Below, in pieces: positions 53,490 through 64,000 of a DNA stretch of 64,000 nucleotides. Position 1 is the first letter of the stretch, and the number at the start of each line of letters is the position of its first letter. Under the pieces are notes generated by a model, which made no database searches, was not told the DNA's origin, and was given only the letters and a program-made list of their open reading frames with translations. Made by a program: the position numbers and the translations under genes. Source of the DNA: Euprymna scolopes (lineage: Eukaryota); NCBI GenBank assembly GCA_053919585.1, contig CM132799.1; one strand, written 5' to 3'.

Positions 53490-54200
53490 TTATTTTTTTT
53501 TTTTTTAGAATTATGTTTTTGAATTGATTGCTTAAGAAATTACGGCTGCTGTTAGAATCGAAACCAGCTCCAATATGAAAACCATTGTACCAAAATTTTT
53601 AATTAGGCCTCCCTCGTCAGAACGAGGCTCTTTCATTTAGCACTCAATATACAGACTTCTAAAATCGATTGATAAAGTAATTGTAAAAATCTGTGTTCCT
53701 TCTTCGTCTTACATTTTGTAGAGAAAAAAAAAAGAGGGAAAGGTGACTAGAACATGATTTTATGTGCAGAAAAAATCCATTCATTTTCCTTCATTTCGTA
53801 TGAAGTTTCAAGATTCGCGAAAGCCACGAGGAAAGGAAACACTGTATTAACATTGGCCTTCGGACCAAGATCACAGTGTAGTATCTGTTCTGATGCTGCA
53901 CTTCATCTTTTTGGTCAATTTAGGAAAAATCCTTCACGACTAAGACAATTTTTATTTTTGTTACTACCCCAGAGTGCCCCTTTTTTTTGACCTGGATTTT
54001 CCCCACATTAAAAACCGACCTTGTGTCTAACTCTGCCCTAGTGGGGAGGCAAGTAAATAGGAACATCAGAGATATCGTTGCAAAGTAATAAAGGAAGTGA
54101 ATGGAAAGGCAGAGGGAGAAAAGGAGATAAGAAAAGGGCAGTGTAAACGGGTTAAATTGATTTTGAATTGCCTACTAGATGGGATCAAATGTATTTTTAA

Positions 54201-54476
54201 CCCTTGAGCTACGATGGTATTTTTACACACATTGACGACGATGGGTGTGAATTTTTTCACGTCACATAAAATCAAATCTAGGGTCTTTGAAAGATAATTT
54301 TTTATCAAAAAACAATACAAACATTCAAACATGGGTTTCAAGCATAGATTTCATTCATTGATTAACGCAGTTAGGGTAAAGAATTCCATAGTCCTTGAAG
54401 ACATTGTTACAGTTGTTTGTAATAGATGGTGTAATAGATAGGTGTTTAAAAATTAACAGCCAGCATAGTCTAAGGG
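54201..54476. mobile_element. piggyBac-like MITE
   Basis: TTAA|CCCTT ... AAGGG|TTAA with imperfect ~18-bp TIRs. Confidence 0.65.
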
Positions 54477-54714
54477 TTAATATATAACTGCCATTAGTTT
54501 TGACTCTTTTGGTAAGAACGTTCCTCTGCGAATAGGTGTGAGGCAATTAGCCAGGTGCTTTGTTTTTCTATTGTCTTCAGTATGTCTGAAACGAGTATGT
54601 GATGCACTGAAACATGTGTGAAGTTGTTCTAGGTCAGGAATTAGTTTACATAGGAAAACTCAGGTGTACTATTTAATTACTTTTCTAATATTTTAAAATA
54701 AATATTAACAGTTT

Positions 54715-54857
54715 CTATAACTACAGATGCATGTTTCATGCTTATGAAGTCATCAGTGTAGGAATTTATAATTACTGCTGATCGGGAGATTCAAACCTAG
54801 TCTACAAAGCCACTCTTGACTTAGCAGACTAGTGTCCTTCCTCCAGGCCACTGGCAG
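54715..54857 (-). mobile_element. tRNA-Ser-like head + hammerhead motif element
   Basis: Minus: A-box tggcctggagg, ctgctaag loop, long arm, B-box ggtttgaatct, then CTACA-CTGATGA-..-GAAA-CATGCA-TC-TGTAG. Confidence 0.7.
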
Positions 54858-54905
54858 TTATACACACACATGTGTGTGTTTATATGAAAGATAGAGAAAG
54901 AGATA

Positions 54906-55132
54906 ATTAATACAAACAAATTAACGCGGTCGCGATACTGGATATGCTTATATTTTGGACCAATGGTCGTTTAAAAGCACAAGTCCTTGTCAGACGACTT
55001 AATAATTGTTTTCCACAGAAGAAACCGGTCCTCAGATTTGAGACCTGACAAGGACTTCTGATTTTTACCGACCATTTGTCCAAAAGATTAGCATGTCCAG
55101 TGTCATGACCATGTAAATTTGTTTGTATTAAT
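54906..55132. repeat. Tail-out palindrome with degenerate hammerhead-like core
   Basis: Arms attaatacaaacaaatt..gtccttgtcag / ctgacaaggac..aatttgtttgtattaat. Confidence 0.7.
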
Positions 55133-55235
55133 AAAAATGTCTTGCTCTTCTTTCATTGAGCACTCATAATAACCTTGTTAAATTCATTAGTTATCACTCT
55201 TGAATACCTTTTGACCTGGTTTGTATGCATGTACG

Positions 55236-55267
<32 letters not shown>

Positions 55268-56099
55268 GGTGTGTAAAAATTCTCTCTACAAACTGAAATT
55301 GGCATTCTAGGTTCGATTTCTATTCAAATCGTTTTAGAAAAGGCATAAATCTTCCTCTTCCACCCTCTAGCTATAAAAAGCAAAATGCGACAGACTTGGT
55401 CAACTCTTGCCAGAGAAACAAGTTTCTAACAAAGCCTGTGATGTCAACGTTATCACAGCTATTACCATTTTATCCAGATTTATTTCTGAAAAAGTGCTGG
55501 GTGGGATGAGTTCTGCTTTCCAGACTTACACTCACTGGAAATTATCAGAACATCTGCTGCACCCATCAGTAAAAAAAAAAAAAAAAAAAAAAATTTTTTT
55601 AATGAATATTCTTATGCAGGATTGCAGCGTCCAAAATCTGATTGAGGAGCTCTTGCAAAGAGTCTGGATTTTTTTTTTTTTTAAATCTCCGAAGAATCGG
55701 TAGATGGTCTGATTTAAAATAAGATAATAGGGTTGATACGCTGTAAAACGGCCAAACAACCATCAAGTTTAAATGTGACAGACTAAAAGAGATGCATGGA
55801 TTTATCTAAAAATGCTTTTCAAGCGCGTGTGACAAACTGTCTGACCTATAAAAATGCTAATATGCATCCACAATTAAGGATAAGTGAAGTGACATCTTAT
55901 GGTTGGGTAAGAATTAGTTGAAGTTTGTTATCAGAAGTACTTATTGTGACATTCAATCTTTCTGGCTTCTCTTATTTTCTCCTTTAGTCCTCACATTCCA
56001 GGGGCAATGTTTCTGACAAAGAGAGAAGAATTGCTGTTTTCTAGGTTAGAATCTATTCCATCTAACACTTCTCATTAGCAAGTTTTTGACCTTGAATTC

Positions 56100-56131
<32 letters not shown>

Positions 56132-56189
56132 CTCTTTACATTGAGTGGCTCCATGCCTCGTCTGGAGTGATTTATTTTATATATATATA

Positions 56190-56730
56190 CTAGCGAGGGG
56201 TACCCGGCGTTGCCCGGGTGTTTGGAGGTGTGTGTGTGGGGGGGGGGGTTAAAAAAAAAAAAGTAAGTATGAGGATCGAACCCGAACCATGGAGGCAGTG
56301 TTGTGAAAAAAAAAACATGCGACGTTAACCATTGCCCCACCGCGACATGCTTACGGAAACACGTTTGAATTTATTTAATTACTTGGATTTAGCAGGTGCT
56401 CGTTTTAATGAGTTAATGAGGTCAAGTTTGACTGCGGGATTTCATTTAGTGCTGAACGCTTTTTTTCCCCCTCAAGATGTTATAGGAAAAAGACTAACCC
56501 ACATGCGGCGAACGACAAATGTTGAATATTTATCTTCCCGAAATCGAGCAAATTAAATAGACAGGCGAGCTTCGTTGTTAACTCTGAGATATTATGATTT
56601 ATATGTGATATAAAAAGTTTTAAAATGTTGTGAAGCGACCGACCACTTCCCTGAAAGAAGCCTTTTGTAGACACACAGAAAAAGCGAACACACATACATA
56701 CATACATTTTCGCTTTTATATTTATATATA
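56190..56730 (-). mobile_element. Helitron-like element containing tRNA-like A/B boxes
   Basis: Minus end cccgggcaacgccgggta..CTAG|T; related to 63013-63686. Confidence 0.6.
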
Positions 56731-58904
56731 AAATAAAACAAATCTATTTGGGTTGTGTTTTTGACATCAAATTTATGGCTTATGCACATCTTGGGAGTTT
56801 TCATTGTGGAGAAATAAACACCATACAGTAGCTGATTGTGTTGGTGCACTCTGAAGTTCCATTCAAGCTAGCTATTCTGGCAGATTTTAAATACGGGAAG
56901 TGGCATTACTTGAACGATTCCCATTAACTCATGCTGGGCATCCAGGTCACATTAAGATCATTTAGCTTGCAATGTTTATGTAGTGTGTAGCACAATTCTG
57001 CGTTTCAAAAGTTTCCTCTGAAAAATGCTTGGGTTACTGGTAGAGCCGGTCTGATTTAAAAGCTGTAATGCAACCAGTTCATTGAATGATCTGAAAGATG
57101 TATTTTGCTAATTAAGTTTATCCAGTGCTGAAGAAATTATCCAATCAGCTGTCAGAAGACGAGTTTCGGTAGAAGCATGGAATTCAATAACCCCCCCCCC
57201 CCCGAAAATAACCCCTTAAAACTAAAAATTTTCGACATATGTCAATGAGAAATTCCCCATCTTAATGACTTTCTAAATAAACTTCTATTTAGAAAGCCAT
57301 TCTTAACATGCAGATGTGGGGGAATGCTGCATTTTGAATTAATGATCGGGCAATCTTCGCTTGGGCATTTTTTAGTTGCTTACTTAACTTTGTTGGAAGA
57401 TGAAGCTATGAAGTTGCCTGAGATTGAGTCGCAAACTGAATAAGTACCTGTATCTCACAATGTGCAATATTTTTTCTAATCGCATGAATTGTATATTTTG
57501 ATAATTAATTCCAAGTATATGTCGACAGAATTTGGTAACTGTATTCTTAGATGTTGGAATGGAATTCTTGATTGCTTTTTCTTTATGTATTTCTTAGTTT
57601 CATAGCAAATGTTGTCCGAAAAGTCCACCTTTGCTCCTACTTTGCACAATCCTATTGAACAGATAATAATAAACAAATTTCTAACCTTATTTTATCTTGT
57701 ATATGAAATTGTCAGACATATTTTAAAAGTTAAACCTAAATAGCATTTAAGTTGACAAACCAAACTTCGACCAAGCCAATTATCTGAATTATTTGGGTGA
57801 CTCTTCTCATCTTGAATGTCGTTCAGAAACTATTTCTGCTCGTGTAACCTCTAAACTTCTTCCAGTGCGTCTTGTTGACTGTGACTCCATGGATAAAAGT
57901 GCTAAATGATTAGTTCTAAGTGACGGTCTTCAGGAGTTTAAGTACAGGTGATACTAGGAATACAATAATTAAAACATCTACCTGTTCGAGGCTGATGGAA
58001 CAAGAAGAAGCCTTCCCACTGAATTAAATAAAGTGTTCTGTTAAAAATCCCATGCAGATTCCGGAGTTCAACATGACTCTGTTGAAGAAGGTAGGCTAAA
58101 AGGTTAAGATGGCATCCAAGATGAGAACAGTAGTCTAAATAAAAAAAAAAATTGCGAAACGCAATACATCATATCTTAATCATGTGTAAGTTTTATAGAT
58201 ACAGTTAGTATTTTGAAATGAAATAATAAAATACATACGTTGTCTAAACTCCAATCGAATGTTTTTTAACATCTTATTTCAATAGCACTGGTGCTACCAG
58301 ATCAGGCTGTCTGAAGATCTTGGCTTCCCGAGACGAAATGCACCTAACATTAATGCTTTTTGTTTTCCTACTTCCTTTTGCAAAACTTATGTTCTGCAAA
58401 ACCAAAAACAAAAACAACCCACCTCCCCCCCTTCCTTCTTTCTATTTCCCCTTTCTCTTTCTATCTCCCCAACTTTTTAACTTAAAATGTACCAAACATT
58501 AATACTGTGACCCTTTTTCCTCTCCTATTGCAAAACTCATTCATGTTCTGCAGTACGGGGAATAAAGACAATAAAATCCACTATAAAACAACCGAACTAA
58601 CTCAAACATTACAAACTAGTGATTGAAGATACAAAGAGCTTGAAGAATAAAAACCTTCCACAAAATAACTGGATGCAAGATGAATATTGTTTCCAGAATT
58701 ACTGGATTCGGCATTAAATAACCTGAAAAGGGTTGATATGCCATAAAGCAAAACAACCTTATTTCAATAGAGAAAAGAATATGGGGAAGAGTTAACCATT
58801 TCTATATAGAAGTAACTTTTATTTTATATTTTATTTATTTTATAATGCATTATGGTCATTTACTAGACAAAAGATATTTAGCTGTGATATTTAAAAAAGA
58901 AATT

Positions 58905-59167
58905 GGTCCTTGATATGACCTTAAACTATATCCGATGGTGAGGCCCCAGCTTGCGGGCTTTGGGGAGTGTCGAGCAACCCCTTAATTGCTATTGCTCCCA
59001 GGTCCATTCTGACCTAGAGTGGTAGTAGTACCTGTTAGGGTCCCAACTATAGCAACTAACTTGAAAACAAAAACATTTTATTAAAAACATTTTCTTCAAA
59101 ATCACTGGATTCGGCATTAAATAACCTGAAAAGGGTTGATATGCCGTAAAAGAAAAACCAACCAACC
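58905..59167 (+). mobile_element. Family PK SINE-like element, short form (plus 3'-tail-only copy ~58693-58758)
   Basis: ggtccttgatatgacc start; TSD aaaaaagaaatt (58893-58904 / 59168-59179). Confidence 0.9.
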
Positions 59168-60567
59168 AAAAAAGAAATTAATACCTTATCAATTGCTGCT
59201 TAAGTCGGTAACAAAATCTTTCGGTCATGCTGACTAAATTTTACTAATAATTTTGCTTTGATAAGCTTGCAGCTATGAATGTTTTAACAACCAATTAGAT
59301 CATAACATACGACTTGTAAGTAGACTTGATGAATAAATGTTTGAAATGCCTCAAGAAATGTTAAGCTGATGAAACGAGGCCATTAGCTCTAATAAAGATG
59401 CGGTGATGGGTTTTCAGCAAACAGGAAGTAAAGTGTAGACAATAAAATTTATCAAAACATTTTCTCGTTATAAATTTTTCAAACAAAAAATGAATCACAA
59501 CTAATTGAAAATATGGTAATAACAAATGAAATGTAAACATTTTTTTTTTTTTTTTTTTTTTAGAAAGATGTGTCTGGTTTCACTATGTCTATTCTATGAT
59601 GTGTGTGTGTGTGTATACATGCGAATATATAAAATTTTGAGGTTGTCATTGTTGAGAGATAAGGTAACCAGTGAAGAAAGATGTGTCTGGTTTCTCTATC
59701 AGTTTATTCTATGCTGGGCTTGTGTGTGTGTGTATGTGAAAAAATATATATGTATTTATTCCAGGTAGAAAGATATCCAAAGATTAAAAATAATTGAATT
59801 TCAACAAGAGTCGTTGATAGTGCTCAATCAAAGAGCAAATTATATATATATTTTTTTATTATTCTTTATGTGAATACAGTCATATCTTGTTACGATGTGC
59901 AGGCCGTTTCAATCATATTTGATTTCTTCAGACAAGAAAAATTAAAATACAAAAATTAAAAAGGTTCCAGACCTTTTCAAATTTTGAGGAGAGAAAAAAT
60001 GCCATGACTGGCATGAAGCAAAATTAAAGTTCTTATGGGTTTAAATTAATTACAAAAATCAAGTTTCCATTAAAGAAGGGGGAAGGGTTAAAAGGATAGC
60101 TTTAGGAAAAGTTAGAGAAAGTGATAAGGAGGAAGGGGTAATATAGTGATATAGAGGGGGGGGTATGAATACACTGGGGGGGGGAGTGAAAACAGTTGTC
60201 ATGGTTTCAGCCGACAACAATAATGATGTTATAATTCAAGTCATTTAAGTGTTCCAAGTTTAACTAAATTGGGTCATCTTGTCTATCAATAAAATGTCTT
60301 TCGTTCAATTTTTTATTTATCTATTTTTTTTATTTCTATTGTTTTGAAATTAACGTTCACTTTTTTCCATTTGCATCAGATTAGATATTTATATATTTAA
60401 TTTATATTTTAATAAATTAGAATATTTAAGCTTATCAAATAGTAGTTATTTTAACTTTTATTGTTTCCTTATCTATATACACACACATAAATGCGCAGGT
60501 ATACAGATATACCCGCGCAGATGCACCCACATAATCAAATGTGTGTATATTATATATATATATATAT

Positions 60568-60720
60568 GAGAGAGAAATAAAAAGGAACAGTTATGTGTTC
60601 ATCAACGTTTTGTTTTTATTTAGAGACTTTCTCTGGATGAATTCATTCAGAGGAAGTCTTGAAATATAAGATGAAACGTTGAACACATAACTCCGTTTGT
60701 TCCTTTTTATTTCTCTATCT
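60568..60720. repeat. Tail-out palindrome with degenerate hammerhead-like core
   Basis: Arms agagaaataaaaaggaac..tcaacgttt / CAGAGGA-agtctt..aagat-GAAACGTTGA..gttcctttttatttctct. Confidence 0.7.
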
Positions 60721-61153
60721 TGTCGGAACACCATTTCCATTATTCTCATCATATATATAATTTTGAGGTTGTTATTGTTCAGAGATAAGGTAAGCAGTGA
60801 AGTGTAACGAGATTAATACAAGTGTGCTCAATGCTCATATAATATAATACGAGAGTGCTCAATGCTTAGGACACTTTAAGTGTAAAAGGGATGTAATCAT
60901 TTGATAATTAGCATGGAAATAACTTTCTTTTTTTTTTTTTTTAATTTGCATAACATTGAATTTTAAAATGAAAAATGTTTATTGAAATATACAGCTTAAA
61001 AATTGCCACTTATTTTTTAATCAATATTTTATTTCATTCAAGCTAATCTTTGTAATTAGCATTTATAGAATTTAAAAAAAAAGAAAAAAAGTGAATAAAT
61101 AATCATTCAAATTTTGTGGTCAGCCTTCATTTTTCTTGTCATTTTTCTTGTAG

Positions 61154-61234
61154 ATCGTACACAAACGGTACCCAAATCCCAAGTTGCTAAAGTGGGTGAT
61201 GTCGTAGAGCTCATTTGTTCCAAGGATGATATGG
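61154..61234 (+). CDS. Probable coding exon: N-terminal strands (A'-B) of an Ig-like domain
   Basis: Strong ttttcttgtag| acceptor, g|gtaaat donor, 81 nt, phase 1->1 (compatible with either lectin exon); (D)RTQTVPKSQVAKVGDVVELICSKDDM fits PxxQxxxxGxxVxLxC. Confidence 0.7.
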
Positions 61235-61794
61235 GTAAATACTATTTTTTTTTTTTTTCTTTTTTTTTTTTTTTATTCAAATTTTTGTTTTCAAGGCCAC
61301 CTTGCATTTCCCAGGTATAACACATTTCGTCGTTTTGTAACTATTCAGTTTAGCTACACACATCTAATGAATCAGCCACAAAGTTCAAACCAAAGAATTT
61401 TAATATTGTTACTACCTCTTGCATCAACTCAATAATATGTATGGATACTCCAGGCACAATTGTGCATGGAAGACATAGCTTAAATGTGTACAAATTGACA
61501 TGACTGCTTACAACATGAATGATATAAACTCATTAGACTTGGACCGCATAAAGAGCAGGCATAAGACGTTACTTGGTGTTGCTCACCTCTTTAAATACCA
61601 AAACCAGATGATGATAGCATTCAAAACATTACATATGTAGCATTACCTCCCTTTCTCAACACTTAACTACTCATCACCAAAGGGCGTTTTCAAATCTGAG
61701 TTATCTGCCCTTTGTAAATGCCAGTTGGTGCTTTTATCAGTGACTATAAAATGAACTGCATAGGCAAATTCAACCTCATTTTTTTTATTAATGA

Positions 61795-62065
61795 CGCGGC
61801 ACTTGTCAAGACTAAAGGCCACTCAAGGAGAAGAATTAATTAGAATGATAAAGACTATTATGAGAGGATTGCAAATAAATTGACTTAGGACTTTTATAGC
61901 AAGTACTTATTGACATTAGATTTGAAAGCAATCAAGTTGTAGCCACCCATGAGGAATGCTGGGTGGCTACTTTATTTTCAAATCTAATGTCAATAAGTAC
62001 TTGCCATAAAAGTCCTAAGTCATTAGATTTTGTTCATTCAATTTATTTGCAATCATCTCATAATA
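61795..62065. mobile_element. CR1-like 3' fragment (-) folded back into a near-perfect palindrome
   Basis: cacttgtcaag..gccactcaaggag tail; 61857-61948 is the reverse complement of 61959-62065. Confidence 0.75.
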
Positions 62066-62506
62066 TTTATCATTCCCCATGTGTAGATATATTATTGGTC
62101 GGAAATAGTTTTCAATTACAATTTTTTAGCCTTAAATGCAAAATTAAAAATAGCAGTCAAAATATGAGGTCAAATAATAATAAAAAGGGGGGGGGGCATG
62201 GACAAATGGTTTCAATATATTTATTTTAAATCTTATAAATACAAATAAAAATTGATGTTAAAACGTTTTCTTGAAATATACTCTTTACTGAGATATTCTT
62301 TGCTTAATGTTACTTTTTCTTTTATGTAACCTAAAAAAAATGAATTTACATTGTAATAGATTTCATGGACCTAACCGAATACTTGCCTTTAATGACCTCA
62401 GAATTGAACGAAAAATTCAGTAATGCCTTTTAGATTCTTTGAAAAAAGTAAACACTTACTGAAAATTGTTTGAATATTTTATTCACATATAGATTACTAT
62501 AACGCA

Positions 62507-62702
62507 NNNNNNNNNNNNNNNNNNNNNNNNNNNNNNNNNNNNNNNNNNNNNNNNNNNNNNNNNNNNNNNNNNNNNNNNNNNNNNNNNNNNNNNNNNNNNN
62601 NNNNNNNNNNNNNNNNNNNNNNNNNNNNNNNNNNNNNNNNNNNNNNNNNNNNNNNNNNNNNNNNNNNNNNNNNNNNNNNNNNNNNNNNNNNNNNNNNNNN
62701 NN
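62507..62702. other. Assembly gap (196 N)
   Basis: N run. Confidence 1.
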
Positions 62703-62720
62703 TTAAAGTTTAAATTTTAA

Positions 62721-62880
62721 TGTTAATGGTAGTCAAATGGATACACTCCTTGCTAATCAAGCCAGAGATGGCTTGTCGCCGGGTTCGAATCTATCGACTG
62801 GTGTTAATCATGACACGCTACACTGAAGATTCCCGAAAAGATAAACCACTAGTGTCTGTAAGTATTTAATTATTATAGTA
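62721..62880 (+). mobile_element. tRNA-Ser-like head + mutated hammerhead motif element
   Basis: ttgctaatc loop, B-box gggttcgaatc, then CTACA-CTGAAGA-TTCCCGAAAAGAT-AAAC-CACTAGTG-TC-TGTAA (GAAA mutated). Confidence 0.7.
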
Positions 62881-63012
62881 AATAATTATATATTTTATAA
62901 GCAGTTTTCTGAAGTTACTTTTTGCTTAATTTTCACTTTCCTAAGCGGTGAAGGAGTTACTTCCCCTTTGGTTTTAACCCCGCCTTTTTTGTGAGACTTT
63001 TTATTATCCATA

Positions 63013-63686
63013 CTAGCAGGGGTACCCAGCGTTGCCCGACTGTTTGTTTCCAGGACGGGGTGGGGGGGAGTTTTAAAAAATGTTATGGTAGGTAAGTAGG
63101 AAGGATCAAACCCGGAGTCATGAGTAAAAGTAGGAAAATAAAGTGTGAAAAAAAAAAAAAAAAAAACATCTGCAACGTTAACAGTTCGCCCACCAAGAAA
63201 AGTCCATTCCAGTTGTTTAGGAAAAAAAAAAAAAACGACTACGGTAGGTCAGCGCGAACGTGAAAATATAATGTGAATTGTCCAGCACGCTAACCACTAC
63301 GCCACAGAGCACTGCAGCTTATTTTAGTGATTTTAAATAACTTGACATGAAAGAACTACGAAGCCAAGCCGGTGTTCTCTTCTCAACTGTTCCTTGTGAA
63401 CGATCCCCAAACGGTGTTAAGTGGTGGCAGGGGGAGGAGGAATTTATTAGAGAGAAAATATTTTACCACTTCCATTGATCTTAACCGATTTTGGCCGTGA
63501 CTTCTCAGCAGAAAAAGTATAGAAATCTAAGATTATCGAGGAATTTGAGAAGTAATAAGCCTATAACACACCTCAGATATTATTCTGCCGTTTGTGCATA
63601 TTATATTTGCATGAAATATCTTGATTTTTAATCCTATTAAGGTCAAAATCCGACGGGAAAAAATGAGTTCATTTTATTTATATAGA
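63013..63686 (-). mobile_element. Helitron-like element
   Basis: Minus strand starts TCtatataaataaaa and ends cgggcaacgctgggtacccctgCTAG|T. Confidence 0.6.
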
Positions 63687-63727
63687 GATTATTTTTATTA
63701 AATGTTTAAAAATTTTAGTTTTAAATA

Positions 63728-63884
63728 TTTTTACGTGCATAAAACTTTATCCATGGACACGTATTTCTGGGTTCACTCTTCATCAGCACGAAGCAACCAT
63801 CAATGAGGATTGAACTCACAACTGTACGATCAGCTGTCTGAACTCGGAAACATGTTCATGTATAAAATTTTATGCATGTAAAAA
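63728..63884. repeat. Tail-out palindrome with degenerate hammerhead core
   Basis: Minus arm CTGATGA-agagtgaaccca-GAAATACGTGTC; plus arm tgaactcgGAAACATGTT. Confidence 0.65.
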
Positions 63885-64000
63885 AAAATAAAAAATAAAA
63901 AAAAAAAAAAATAAAATAAATATTTAATAAATGAAAATATGTATATCAACATTGTGCCTGTATTTGACACTTATAAGCTGTTAATTTCCCTTAATTCTTA

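Noticed and set aside
62721-62803. Functional tRNA-Ser gene (also 54775-54857)
   Set aside because: Stems do not close into a cloverleaf and a hammerhead motif follows; repeat head

Overview
AT-rich animal (invertebrate-type) genomic DNA, not prokaryotic. The repeat repertoire is reminiscent of coleoid cephalopods, but that is an inference I cannot confirm. The window is almost entirely intronic. Three small + strand exons are supportable. Two are homologous exons for the C-terminal half of a SUEL/rhamnose-binding (Gal_lectin) domain (363-469 and 31503-31612, both phase 2->1). The third is an Ig-like-domain exon (61154-61234, phase 1->1). Together they suggest a lectin+Ig receptor (latrophilin/adhesion-GPCR-like?) with possibly mutually exclusive lectin exons. 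The rest is decayed LINEs (CR1-, RTE-, R4/Dong-like), DNA transposons/MITEs (Tc1/mariner, hAT, Chapaev3, piggyBac-like, Helitron-like), microsatellites and a 196-nt N gap. The most unusual signals are structured-RNA retroelements: (1) a young SINE-like family without a Pol III head whose 5' ends coincide with the start of predicted H-type pseudoknots; (2) tRNA-Ser-headed elements carrying type I hammerhead ribozyme motifs; (3) many tail-out palindromes with hammerhead cores (Penelope-like); (4) a 5S rRNA-headed SINE3 family. All structures and alignments were done by eye.
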